A DNA stretch of 64,000 nucleotides from Octopus sinensis (Eukaryota). Positions 13,428-26,356 of the stretch are shown in pieces. The position numbers and the translations under genes were made by a program. The notes below the pieces were generated by a model. The model was not told the DNA's origin. It saw only the letters and a program-made list of their open reading frames with translations, and ran no database searches. Numbering within the stretch: position 1 is the first letter of the stretch; each line of letters starts with the position of its first letter. The DNA lies in NCBI RefSeq assembly GCF_006345805.1, contig NC_043016.1, positions 26,908,001-26,972,000 of the forward strand, read 5' to 3'.

Positions 13428-13616
13428 GTAACTACTGCAGTTCCTGAACTGGATCATATTTTAAAAGGACATTATTTGATCAATAAAACAGTTCTATGGT
13501 GCATGACAATTTCTTTACCCGGTGTCTACATAACAATTCCAAAGCCTACTGATTTGAGGACACAGCCTAGTCCTTATGCATTTGTTTCCAGTTCAGTACA
13601 AGATCTGCTTCAAAAA
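13428..13616 (+). CDS. TLDc-domain gene exon (VTTAVPELD...QDLLQK)
   Basis: ctttgcag / gtaagt; 189 bp, phase 0 to 0; lies inside ORF 13353..13628. Confidence 0.88.
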
Positions 13617-13874
13617 GTAAGTATATGAAAAAAAATGTATTTATGCAGGTATGGCTTTGTGATTAAGAAGTTTGCTTCCCAACCACATAGGGTATATGTC
13701 TGCTTTTATAGCTCCAAGCTTGTGATTGGGTCTGGTAGGCAGAAAATGGAAGAAACACATCATGTATGTGTGAGAGGGTCTCCTTATCTTAAACCATATC
13801 GTTTACTGCCTACTGCTTACATTAGAATTTGTTATTTTTCTTTACTCTATACCTCTGCCATTCTATGTCCCCAG

Positions 13875-13945
13875 GCACGTCTTCCACATTGCCAAACATG
13901 GAATCTTTTATATAACAGTAACGATCATGGTTTATCTATGAACAG
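13875..13945 (+). CDS. TLDc-domain gene exon (ARLPHCQTWNLLYNSNDHGLSMNR; start of TLDc domain)
   Basis: tccccag / gtaaag; 71 bp, phase 0 to 2; W-x-LLY-x-S-x-x-HG-x-S motif typical of the TLDc N-terminus. Confidence 0.9.
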
Positions 13946-16565
13946 GTAAAGAAACACTTTTTATTTTGCTTCTATTTTTATTTATGAATTAAATTTGTCT
14001 GGAAATTCAGATTTTTCACATGCCTATTCAAATTTTATAGACGAATGCTTTCCCTACTGCTGCTAATTTAAGATAAAAACAGTAGTATTATATATTGATT
14101 TTCCTTTTGTTTGTTTGTAATATAATCACATCACTATTATTTTCATTTGTTTCTATGTCCATTTTTACCATACTAGTATGGGTTAGACGAATATAGTTCT
14201 GAGGAATTGTTTTATGGCTGGATGCCCTTTCTGTTGCTAACCTTTACTTGTATTTCAAGTAAGAGATTTTTTATTGTACACAGATCTGAAAATGCAAATT
14301 TAGCAGGTGGTTTGTTGATGAAGTGGGAGGGACTACAACAATGTCAGTTCATGTAGCTCAATGACTTTTAGAAAATTGCATACATACATACACACACACA
14401 AACATATATGTAATATATACATACATACATACATATACATTGTGTGTGTCCATGCACATTTCTTTGTTTCCATCAATCAAATGCAATCACAAGGCTGGCT
14501 TCTATTGTCCCAGGGCTATATAGTAAAAAAACATTTGCCCAAGGTGCCACAGTGGAAGTGAACCCAAAACCACATGGTTGTGAAGCAAACTTAAATACAC
14601 AGTCATGCCTACATCTGTAATGTTTTTACATATTTGGAAATGGTTTAAGATGCCACATGAAATTCAGGCCATAAATGTAAACCTAATTGGTGTGGTTTGA
14701 TTTCATCTGTTGAAGATTATGTTCATGTCTCAAGGAATTGTGAGTAGTTCGTAAAACAGCTGCTACTTATAAATCTCCCCTGGGATAGGACTCTCAGTCT
14801 ATCACAGATATTCTCAGATGTTTTGTTTCCTGTTTCTGACATATAGTGAGATAACATTGTGTTTGGACAATGAGAAACAGCAAAGTATCTGCAGATAAAT
14901 TTGGACTGAAGGCATATGCTGAGTCCAGTATCTTTTATATCCCTTGCTTGGAGTATGTAATACATGTATTCCAATTTATTTATTTTAATCTTTTTAGATT
15001 AGGTACACTGTATCCCACCAATGTTGTGAGGAGCAACTAAAAATGTTGGCATCAGTAAGGACATTTGGCAAAAAAAAAAAATTGTCTTAAAGTTCCATTT
15101 AACCCATGTCAGCATGAAAAATTAATGTAAAATGAGTAGTGCAACAAGTTTTCAGTTACCACTGTTTAAGGTATGTCGAGTGTTTGGAACAGAAAAGATA
15201 CAGGAATGAAAATGATAGTAAGATGATATTCCCATTGGTAGCACTTGTAATTGTATGTAAAAGTTGAACAATACCAAAACACTTTTAAAGCTATTGTTTG
15301 AAATACTTTGGTGGTGTTATTACAATTTAGATGTATTTATATTACTATTCACAACTCCCTTGGAGATGTTTGAGATTTAAAAAAAAAAACTGGTAAACTG
15401 GGATTTCATATTAGGGTGTAGGCTGGGGAACAACATGTGTAACTATAGAGAATAACTGAATGAGATTGTGTAACATACATAAGTGGATTAGCTTTAACTA
15501 AACTAAAATGAGACCAGTTTACAGACTCAACATGTCAAGAAGCATATCTTGGTCTTGAAAATAATCATAAATATTGATATTGGATTTAATAAGTTTAGAA
15601 TTCTGAAAATGGATTAGTAACATCTGTGCTGGATCTGCTAACACTAGAAATGAGATCATGTTGGTAAGCCTAATGAAATGTTCTGAAATATAAATGGGCT
15701 TGGGGTAGGTGTGGCACCTGCTGCCTAAAAATAGTACAGTTTCAATGATTTTATTTACAAAATGAGTGATTTGAGAGTTAAATTACTGGTCTCTCACTGT
15801 TAGCTTCTTAATAATCTTGTCCATATAACTATGGGTATGCTAAAGATTTAATTTGCTATACATGAGTGAGATACCTTTTACAAATTAAAAAAAAAAAATA
15901 TATTTTATTATTTAAAATAATGATATAAGCTAGAAATGGTTTTGTATTTCAGTAAACAGTTGTTTGTACGTCAATTAATAACGTTTGTCAATGGATTTAA
16001 ATGAAGCACGTACAAAAAGGACAAACTCTCCTTTTTCTCAAATGTTTCCTAGTGTTTGGAATAGGTATACCATATTTCTGCATGTCAAAAGGTTGGTGTG
16101 AGACAGGTTATTCAGCCATAAGTACCACTCTCAAAAAGTTCTGTCCAAACCATGCTAACATAGAGAAGTGGACATAAAAATGATAAATTTTGAAATTCTT
16201 AAAATATTAAACCTTAATTTCAGGTGTACTTGCTAGGTAAGTGATTTGGTCTGAGAATGTGTGTTGGAAGTAAAACAATTGTAGCATGGAAGACACATCT
16301 TAGTCACTCAAAATCATAATACTTAATTCACTTAAGCATTTATTTCTTATATTGATTCAAAATTTTTGTTCTTTGATACTGTAACCTGATCACTGATAAA
16401 GATTACTCTGTCATCCTTACCCGTGACCATATAACAAGTAATAAACGTTTAAGTGAAGTTAACAGCCCTTGTGTGTTTTTGAATGGTTAACATGTGTCAT
16501 GCATGCTGCTATTAGTAAAACCCTTAATATTTTTAATTAACTGGATTTTTTTTTTCTTTTAATAG

Positions 16566-16664
16566 ATTTTCACATCATGTTTCATCTTACAAAGGTTCCT
16601 GTGTTACATTGCTTTCATTCGAAGCCAAAAACCTTTATTGCATTGCATCTGATTGTGGCTGGAG
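16566..16664 (+). CDS. TLDc-domain gene exon (FSHHVSSYKGSCVTLL...SDCGW)
   Basis: ttttaatag / gtaaca; 99 bp, phase 2 to 2; F-x-HHV-x-x-Y-x-G follows the TLDc HG-x-S motif. Confidence 0.88.
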
Positions 16665-16783
16665 GTAACAACTTGGTCTTATAATTCAACATACTTTGTC
16701 TGCTTAAGTGAATGTTCAAAACCTCATATTGTAGTATATTTCACATCTGTCTGTTAGTCCTATACCACATGAAACTACATGGC

Positions 16784-17300
16784 TTAATCATCCTTGTTAG
16801 CATTCATTTTAAGGAAGTTAGAAACTCTAAATCTAAGAGAAAACTTTAAATTCTTCTCTATAATTTCTCTACTTTCTGTAACACATATTGCTGAATCTTT
16901 GCTATTTTTTTTCTCAAAAGTTTTCTTTGATAAATGGTTGCTAATCATTCTTTGAGTGACAATATATTCCATGATTTAATTGATTAATAAACAACAGAAA
17001 AGACATTGGGGATGATAATCAGAGCAATATATCAATTTCTTCCATGCACACATCAATGTCTGATATCTGTCCAATTTTTCAAGTAGCTTGAACAGAATAT
17101 TACCTGAAGAATGGTCATACAATGTATCTTCTGCACATATTGTTTCAAAAATGATTTTAGAACACGATGTGAAACCTATTAAGCATTTTCCCATTGGATT
17201 ATGCTAATACACTTTGAAGGATTGCACCATAATTTGCAGGAATTATTTTACCAAGCTTTTGATTCCAGCTTGCCTGTGACTGCTTTGGTTCTGTGATGCA
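16784..17300 (-). pseudogene. Possible decayed hAT (Charlie/GTF2IRD2-like) transposase fragment
   Basis: Two in-frame ORF pieces; SSGNILFKLLEKLDRY...WKKLIYCSDYHP loosely resembles TTG.DIF..L....W..L...TDGAP. Confidence 0.3.
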
Positions 17301-17645
17301 AATTTCTGATTTTAAATAATCAAAACCAAAAACCTTCCATCAAAATTTGCGTGTTAATTTATGCTCCAAACACCAGATTGATGAGTTATTTTACCAAATT
17401 CTTCAATATTTTCAAAATAAATTGAAACAGGGGCAGTGTATTTGAACAGAAATATGGGAATGAAAATGGTTAAATTGCCATTTTGTCAGCATCATCCATA
17501 GAATTTATCTCTACTTCCCTTTCTCCTCTATCTGTTTTTTCTTCTGTGTCTTTCTTCTGATTAAAAGTTATGATAAGCATTAATTTATTGAATTCTTTTC
17601 TTCAGTTGAACAATTTCATATAATTTTTTCTTTTGGCACTTCCAG

Positions 17646-17719
17646 GGAAGGATCAAGACGTTATGGGAATGATCAGTGCCTTTTAATACAGCTACTTCCC
17701 ATTTACAGAGTCATGCAAG
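17646..17719 (+). CDS. TLDc-domain gene exon (EGSRRYGNDQCLLIQLLPIYRVMQ)
   Basis: cttccag / gtaagt; 74 bp, phase 2 to 1. Confidence 0.88.
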
Positions 17720-18137
17720 GTAAGTTTTAGCTTACTTCCCAACCATGTAGTCTTGGGTTCAGTCACACTGCATGGTATCTTGGGCCAGTGTCTTCCACTA
17801 TAGCCCTTGGCCAACCAAACCTCTGAGTGAATTTGACAAATGTGGTGTTTGTGTGTAACCTTGTTTAGATGTTACATGGATTGTTGTAAATAAGTATTAC
17901 CATCATACAAGTGATGTTGTCTGTTTCCTCTCTTCCATGGTAAAATATCATCTCACTTGGGAAAAGTGGGGGTTGGCAACAGGAAGGGCATCCAGCCACA
18001 GAAAATCTGTCTCAAATTGGAAAAGTAGATGTTAAAACAATGATGTTGGTATATATGTGTGTTTGTATTTCTTTACATTTATTTTTAAAAATTTTTTTTC
18101 AATCCAGTTAACATCTTTGTTGACCAATTCTTCATTC

Positions 18138-18173
<36 letters not shown>

Positions 18174-18767
18174 CTCTCTCCCCCCACATTTTACACTGAT
18201 CACCTTTCTCCGTTACTGAATTATGTCTATATAATTCAGTATATACCTCTCACTCTCCCCTCACACTCATGCAATTTATCAACCCACACATCATGTCCCT
18301 TTCTCTCATCCTGCTGCTCTTTATCCATTTTCTCTGTTGACACTCATCACCTACTCTCCCTTACGTTTCCTCAACTCACGAATCATCAATCACCCATTCC
18401 ACTTTTGTCCACCATTCACTACATTCATCCCTCAACCTTACCCAATTTCTATAGTCATCACCCACTTTTCACTACCTTCCCTCGAACACATTTATCAACA
18501 ACTCTTCAATCCTCATTCTTTATATTTTCTCCCTCACTCATTCTCCCATCTCCAACCATTGCTTATTCTCCCCATTCAATCTTGCAACTTTACCCATCTG
18601 CACTGCCTCTTCTGTCCCCAATCATTTCTATTCGCTTTGTACTTTAAGGGCCTATCCTTAGACCTTATCACCAAATAGTTTCTCTCTCTTTCCAGCCCTA
18701 CCTCAGTTACTCCCACTACATCTATAATGTGAGCTGTCATGTAGTACCTCTACAAGAAACCTATTAT

Positions 18768-18985
18768 TTCTTTATTGCCCGCAAGGGGCTACACACAGAG
18801 GGGACAAACAAATTAAGTTGATTATATCGACCCCAGTGCGTAACTGGTACTTATTTAATCGACCCCGAAAGGATGAAAGGCAAAGTCGACCTTGGTGGAA
18901 TTTGAACTCAAAACATAGCGGCAGATGAAATACAGCTAAGCATTTCGCCTGACGTGCTAGCGTTTCTGCCAACTCGCCTATTCTG
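18768..18985 (-). mobile_element. tRNA-SINE family B, near full length
   Basis: Head ggcgagttggcagaa (A-box-like), gagttcaaattcc (B-box-like), same body as above; weaker copies at ~9040-9200, ~30870-31050 and ~62240-62450. Confidence 0.8.
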
Positions 18986-19455
18986 TCACACTTTCACCTC
19001 TCATCTCTTAACATAAACTTGCCTCCCTTCTTCACTGTAGCCCCATTTAGTCAAAGGGATCTTAGTTTTGCAAGCTGCATGGCGACCTCACTAGTATTGG
19101 TGTCACAATACAGTCTAACATGGCTACAGCACTTGAAAGGGCATCTAGTCATACAAACCATGCCAAAGCAGATATTAGTGCATGGTGTATTCCTTGGACT
19201 CATTGGATCTTGTCAAACCAGCTAACGTAAATTATGCCAGTATGGAAGATCTGTCCACTATTAAAACAGTACTGAATTTACAATATACAGCGTTTTGTCA
19301 CATGAAAGCTCTCAAAGTTACGAAAAAAAAACATGCATTGAAAGACATCTTCTTTAGTTTTAGTATGCCATCATTTTTTTTATTTGATGTTGTATTTAAA
19401 TCCATCAGTGTTAAACCTTAGTCAAGACTCACCAATCATTACTATATCTAACATC

Positions 19456-19836
19456 TGGAAGCACTCCGTCGGTTACGACGACGAGGGTTCCGGTTGATCC
19501 GATCAACGGAACAGCCTGCTCGTGAAATTAACGTGTAAGTGGCTGAGCACTCCACAGACACGTGTACCCTTAACGTAGTTCTCAGGGATATTCAGCGTGA
19601 CACAGAGAGTGACAAGGCCGGCCCTTTGAAATACAGGTACAACAGAAACAGGAAGTAAGAGTGAGAGAAAGTTGTGGTGAAAGAGTACAGCAGGGATCAC
19701 CACCATCCCTGCCGGAGCCTCGTGGAGCTTTAGGTGTTTTCGCTCAATAAACACTCACAACGCCCGGTCTGGGAATCGAAACCGCGATCCTACGACCGCG
19801 AGTCCGCTGCCCTAACCACTGGGCCATTGCGTCTCC
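19456..19836 (-). mobile_element. tRNA-SINE family C, intact and young
   Basis: Perfect 12-bp TSD ATATCTAACATC (19444-19455, 19837-19848); A-box TGGCCCAGTGG, B-box GGTTTCGATTCC; CpG-rich. Confidence 0.92.
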
Positions 19837-20058
19837 ATATCTAACATCATCAGTATTATAACTAGTATTAAGGCATGGTTGAGAAAGCAATTTCATATTT
19901 TTCTAAAACTTGAAGTGTTATCTAGAAGATAATTAATAAAGATTAAGTTAATTATCCTTATTTAATCAACACCGACGCAGTTTGACTTTCATAATTATTC
20001 CTTCTCTTATTTTGTTTAATCAGATCTGTTTTAGCATCTATTGATTCTATTTATATAG

Positions 20059-20213
20059 CTGGACCAAATATGCTTCTTTGGAATGAATACAACAGAGAAA
20101 TGAAGAAAGGTATTCAGATAGGCCGAGATGCCAAGTCGTTGATTTTGGAAATACCTTCCGAGTTTGACACCATAAAACATTATGGTGTTACATGTAAATT
20201 ACACAGAGTTGAA
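20059..20213 (+). CDS. TLDc-domain gene exon (AGPNMLLWNEYNREMKKGIQIG...KLHRVE)
   Basis: ttatatag / gtaagt; 155 bp, phase 1 to 0. Confidence 0.88.
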
Positions 20214-21464
20214 GTAAGTACCTGTTCTTGTAGAATTTTTATTCTGTTGTATTGTTTTCCCATCATCCCAGCTCAAATCTAATCAACTAGATCTTATGAT
20301 CAGTCATTCCTGTGTTTTTTAAGAGTGTCTAGCATTACATTATCTAGCATTACATTGTTTAAATTTTTAAGATGAAGTGTGATTTGAGAGGTTTTGTAGT
20401 TATTTCTAACAGGTCAAGCAACCATATAGATTTTCTCTTATTGATTTATTTAAATTTTATATATTCTTTTACCCAAGTGAAAATCAGAAGTAAGATGCTG
20501 ACTTGATCAAAATAAGAATATTACATATACATATGTTATAGTTTAAAACAGTTTAATTCAGTTCCATATCACTCAGTTTTGAAAGCTTCTTGCAGAAACC
20601 TAGTTCATTCGAGCTCAAAATACCTAATTTGGTAATCTGAACCTGAATGAGTTAGGTTTCTGTAAGAAGCCTGTGGAACTCTGAGATGTATGGAGCTGAA
20701 TCAAACTTTTAAATAATAGTGTATGTAACTCCTAAATGTGCTGAATGCCTTTTTCTTTCATTTCTCCACTCATTCATGTGTATATGTATACATATACATT
20801 GATTAATTGGCACTCCAGTTACAGCATTGTATCCTTAACGTAGTTCTTGGGGAAATTCAGCATGACACAGTGTGACAAGGCTGGACCTTTGAAATACAGG
20901 TACTACTCATTTTTGCCATCTGAGTGGACTGGAGCAATGTGAAATAGTGTCTTGCTCAAGTACACAATGTGTCACCAGGAATTGAACTCGTGACCTTGGA
21001 TCATGAGCCAAATACCCTAACCACTAAGCCATGTACATTCACATACATACATATATAACATATGGTTCATCATCATCATCATCGTTTAACGTCCGTTTTC
21101 CATGCTAGCATGGATTGGATGGTTCAACTGGGGTCTAGGAAGCCAGGAGGCTGCACCAGGCTCCAGTCTGATCTGGCAATGTTTCTACAGCTGGATGCCC
21201 TTCCTAACGCCAACCACTCTGTGAGTGTAGTGGGTGCTTTTTACATGCCACCAGCACAGGTGCCAGGGGAGGCTGGCAACGGCCACGATCGGTTAGCGCT
21301 TTTTATGTGCCACCAGCACAGGGATCACAACTACAATTTCCATTTGATTTTTTATTGAAATTAATCTCTTCCTTAATATCAATGACGTTTTGATTTTAAA
21401 ATTTCTACATTATTTTGAAGTAGTGTTAGAGGTAAATCTATTTTTGTATAAATTTTATTTCAAG

Positions 21465-21557
21465 GTTTGGGGTTGTGGTGGACCTGGTGCTTTAGAAGCA
21501 CAAGTAAAGCAAAAACAGTGGGAAATCAAAGACACCCAAAAACACAGAACTAAAAAG
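21465..21557 (+). CDS. TLDc-domain gene exon (VWGCGGPGALEAQVKQKQWE...TKK)
   Basis: atttcaag / gtaaaa; 93 bp, phase 0 to 0; completes the E|VWGCG motif that ends TLDc domains. Confidence 0.9.
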
Positions 21558-21638
21558 GTAAAATTTAATTGCAAACTGTTCTTTGTCTTTTTTTATTAAC
21601 CCTATTTTATTTAACTTTATTTTTTTTTTAGTAACATG

Positions 21639-21862
21639 TATTCTGTCAGATAAATTCCTTTTGCTTTTCTTTTTACCATGTCTGAATAGAGGTAAAAATT
21701 ACTCAAATTTAAAAAACAATAAAAAGTTGTAGAGTAAAAATAGAGCTACAAAAAAAAAATAAAGCACTATAAAAAAAACATTTTTTTGCGAATTCAAATA
21801 ACATTAGTAAGGATTAAAATAGATGGGAAGAAAAAATGATCAAATTTATCTGACAACCTAAT
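21639..21862. mobile_element. Mariner-derived MITE
   Basis: TIR (ggt)tgtcagataaatt ... aatttatctgacaacc with TA ends; internal homology to 61823-62085. Confidence 0.65.
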
Positions 21863-22496
21863 GTTATATAAGTATTTTGAAGGAGAAATTGATAAGACTA
21901 AATGTTAAAGGGTAAATGTTAACATTTATATTGTGGTTTAGTAGACAATTCAGTACTGCATATTTGGTGTTAAAAAAAAGTTGATACGCAGAAGGTACAG
22001 TTGGATTGTTGACAGTCTGATGAGAACCAGGGCTTCAGATATGATAGTTATACATAAATTGTTGGCAGGAGTTCAATGTAAGGAAGTCTGAACTGTTTAG
22101 GTGTTTCACTAAATGTAATAGATATGCAGTAGTTGACAGTATTGATATACATCAGTTGGAGCCTTTGGACTGTTTGGATATGATACATGTTATAATTGAT
22201 ATACAGGAGTAGGTAGCAGTGAAGACAATAATGCAATGAAATCCGTTAACTGTTTAAATGTTTCGCTAGAGATTGTTGATAGTACGTTAAATTTATTTTA
22301 GTAATGAAATGGAAGAAACTGCTTGTAATGAACATTGACCTTATTTGTGTAAGAAGTGTAAAATTTCAAAGTAGCGAGATACTAAATGTGGAATGCCTGT
22401 GGTGGCTTGAGAGAAACAAGATAGGCGAACAGAACCAGGTGATGTGTGAAGTACATATAAAGAGTACGATATTACATGTTAATAAAACAAATATTG

Positions 22497-22876
22497 GAGT
22501 AGGAGTGGCTGTGTGGTAAGTAGCTTGCTTACGAACCACATGGTTCTAGGTTCAGTCCCACTGCATGGCACCTTGGGTAAGTGTCTTCTACTATAGCCTT
22601 GGGCTGGCCAAAGCCTTGTGAGTGAATTTGGTAGACGGAAACTGAAAGAAGCCCATTGTACATATATATATATGTGTGTGTGTGTCTGTGTTTGTCCCCC
22701 CAACATTGCTTGACAACCGATGCTGGTGTGTTTATGTCCCCGTAACTTAGTGGTTTGGCAAAAGAGCACAATAGAATAAGTACTAGGCTTACAAAGAATA
22801 AGTCCTGGGGTCGATTTGCTCGAATAAAGGCAGTGCTCCAGCATGGCCACAGTCAAATGACTGAAACAAGTAAAGC
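22497..22876 (+). mobile_element. SINE family A, full length (intronic)
   Basis: Complete head, microsatellite, body and tail. Confidence 0.9.
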
Positions 22877-23646
22877 AGATTGAATGCGGGGTATGTTGAG
22901 ATGCTGAAGAGAAATGGAGTGTGTGGGATTTGTTGGATGTGAAATGTTATGTTAGGCTGGGGTACATGTAAGTTCAGAAAAGAGGGTTAGGCATTAAAGT
23001 GATCAACTATGGGAGAGGAAGCTGCATTGATATGTACTTCTGATGTGATTGAGAATGAGTAATAGGTGAAGATGTACTGCTTGTCATGGAATATGAAAAT
23101 ATAAAGTAAGGTACTAAAATGTTTGTGTTCATTGATGAGATAGCACGAGCTGGAACGATCTGCCACAATGAGAAACTGGTATTGAATTAAAGTTGTGACC
23201 ATAAATGAAGATTATAATATAATGGGAAGGCAATGAATTTGCAGAATTGATAGTATTGATCTAAATCAGTTCTCAACTATTTTTCACCTGTGAAGCACCT
23301 TTAACTCCTGTTTTATTCTACTGGACTTTTATAGCTATTCGATGTTTAATAAGAAACTGATTACATTTTCATGATTAAATATTAGGAATTATATTTTAAA
23401 AATTGATAAAATATTTTGTGTATTGTAGAAATATAACCAATTTATTGTATAGATTTTAGCAACAAAATCTTATGTAGACCCCAAAGAGCTATATGGACCT
23501 TGCTCGAGAACCACTAGTCTAAATGAATGCCTTAGTATTTATAGTCTTTATTCATTCAGAGTTCAAGTCCTTCCAGTGTTGACTATTTTCCCTAGAGAAA
23601 TTGGCCTAACATTTATGATATCACTAATATATATTATATATTGCTC

Positions 23647-23870
23647 TATTGGGCTGTCAGATAAATTCGTTTTCCCCCCCCCCCCCCATTTATTTTAATC
23701 TTTGTTTTTCATCAATAATTTCAAGAAATCCGTCTCAAATATTCTCCTTCATTGCTCACAACTTCTTGCCAACATTCAACTAGCTTGTCAATGCCTTTAC
23801 AATAGAAGTCACATTTTTGGTTACTCACCATTGTTAAATGAAATGTCACACACACACCGTTGGTGAGTGA
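23647..23870 (-). mobile_element. Mariner 3'-end fragment
   Basis: TIR tattgggctgtcagataaattc; the - strand reads KGIDKLVECWQEVVSNEGEY (mariner C-terminus). Confidence 0.65.
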
Positions 23871-24235
23871 GCAAATAAAGTGATAATCTGAAGGTATTAT
23901 AACCAGAGATTACAGTGGGTGCAGTAGAACTTTCCAACAAAGCTCTTAATAAGCTCTTTTTAATTAAGTTTGTGACATTTGAGCAGTATACCATTTGTGG
24001 ACTTCTCTAAGAACCATAGAAGTTACTAGTGGTGACATATTGAGATAGTATATAATGATAAATTCTAGGGCTGGCAATTGCTTTCACATTTTTTTTCAGA
24101 GGAAATAAAAAAATTTTAAAAAAACTAATTTACTTAGCATAAGACATATTTAAACAATATCTTCATAGAATCCTTTACATTAAAGCAAAGCCATTTCTTG
24201 AATACTAATTTTCAAAATTATTTCATTATTTTCAG

Positions 24236-24331
24236 TTTACTCTTCATCAGAAATCAGAGAGCTGGGAAGATAATCCAGACAAACAGTTACTTGAATGGGG
24301 TGGTATATCAACTAACCATTCATATCGATGA
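24236..24331 (+). CDS. TLDc-domain gene terminal exon (FTLHQKSESWEDNPDKQLLEWGGISTNHSYR*)
   Basis: attttcag acceptor, TGA at 24329-24331. The ten exons total 1224 nt (408 codons) with no internal stop. The C-terminal tail resembles that of MEAK7/Rtc5-type TLDc proteins; orthology is not established. Confidence 0.88.
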   Translation, partial: FTLHQKSESWEDNPDKQLLEWGGISTNHSYR

Positions 24332-24560
24332 TAAATTTTTAAAATTTTAGTGCTATCTTTCAAGTAAACTTTTTGATTTCTATTTAAATTAAAGTTCGTA
24401 TAATAGTAAGGGGTGTGCACCTAATCTCCGCCAAACATTTCCTCACTATCACCACCACAAGACCATCCACCCCACTTTTTTTTTTTTTGCTGCCTGGGAC
24501 CATTTCACTTGTTAGCTATTTGCACCCAAATTACTGTGATTCATTTTCTCCTACAAAACA

Positions 24561-24602
<42 letters not shown>

Positions 24603-25058
24603 ACCATCACCACCAAATTATCTCCCCTCATGCTCTACGTTTGCACTTCTCCCTGACCCCCGCCTCTGTCTTCCACTCTTGTAGCATACCCAACCACATG
24701 TCATCTCTCTTGTCCACCCCCTGTAAATTGTATAATCATCAGTTATTATTGTCACTCTCCCCCAATCTCCTCTGTATCCCTCTGCCTTCCCCAACTTGTG
24801 CATCATTGATCATCCATCACTCCCAGCATCCACCCAAAAGTCAACTTATAAAGTTGTTGCCTACCGCCCATCCCCTCATGTCTTGCTCCTCTACACACTT
24901 TTGCAAACCCCTGCTCACCCACACTCCTATTTCCTCTGTCCCAACACTTCTACTTACCTTGTACCTCAAGGAGCCACCTGGACTTGCAGCTTCTTACAAA
25001 TCATTCTCACCCTCCTAATGGTGAATAACCATATAGCTCCATAACAAGAACTTGTATG

Positions 25059-25097
<39 letters not shown>

Positions 25098-25101
<4 letters not shown>

Positions 25102-26120
25102 TATAATTAACAAATAAAAGAATTAGAAATCCATATTTTTTCAATCAATAAGTATATAAATTACACCATTATTTCTTAAATAAAGCCTGGTACTTGTTCT
25201 ATTAGTCTAAATTTTCGAACCACTAAGTTGATATACTTAAGTTAATCTAAATAACTATAGTTTAATCAATATTCATTAATTATATTATATATTTATTTAT
25301 TAAATAGACTTCTAAAATTAATCTAATTCTAAAAATTTAATAAACGCTATACAAACTCGTGTCGACTTACATACAAAACACTACCACAAAACCAAAACTA
25401 CAACAACACTAATACAAAATATATTTTATATATCAAATAAATACTCCCAAATAAATCGTCACAAATAAGTTAAACTTATTATATAAGTAAACTAGCAGTA
25501 TCGCCCGGTGTTGCTCGGGTTTGTAAGGGAAATAACTATATAAGCATTTTTAGAGAGTTACTTACCTTATAGATGCCAATTCGGGCTTTCTTAGCCATTT
25601 CTGTTTTGGTGTCTTCAAGCCATGAAGTAGTCGTTCTAAAAGAACACTGGTCTCCTTGACAACGCATTACGACGTTGATTTCCTTACACTCCCTTCCCCA
25701 CAGGTGCAGGTGTGACCATGGACGCCAACTCCGCCGCCATCGACACACGAAAAATTATGCATTAAAATGGAATAAAAAATTATGTTAAATTATTTTTTAA
25801 ATCGTAGACTCATCGTAGATGCGCGCTAATACCCAGACGGGCTCGATATGAATCACGACTATAAGATACCCGAATTTGGTTAAACTGCACCGCAAAATGT
25901 GGGAGTAGTTAGGAATCTAAATCGAAGGGGACAGACACTCACACAACTACAGTTTTATATATATAGATTATTCAAACGTTTTTAGTTTTGAATTTTTAGT
26001 TCATAAATATCTTCAAAAAGATAAGTATAAAATTTATTTAAGAAATAATGGTGTAGTTTATGTGCTTATTGATTGAAAAAATATGGATTTCTAATTCTTT
26101 TTATTTATTAATTATAATTT
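25098..26120. repeat. ~87-bp inverted repeat (25098-25184 / 26033-26120) next to (TA)n
   Basis: aattataattaacaaataaaagaattagaaatccatatttttt... matches its reverse complement at 26033-26120. Confidence 0.85.
25492..25967 (-). mobile_element. Non-autonomous Helitron (476 bp)
   Basis: 5' TCTATATATATAAAACTG, subterminal hairpin CCCGAGCAACACCGGG, 3' CTAG; inserted in an A|T target without TSD. Confidence 0.9.
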
Positions 26121-26356
26121 AGATACATACATTTATTTAATTATTCTTATTATAATTAATATATGTGAACTAAAATCTAAAACCATTAAGTGTGGTTACT
26201 TTGTGAAATAGTTGTAACGTAAAATATTATAGTATAGGTAGTGAAAAGTTGTTTTTTTTTTGTGCTATTGAATTTAATAATAATAAGTACTTTCATTATT
26301 CCCTTAATAGGCAAAATATTAGATCTAGACATATAAACACTAAGTTATACAATCAA

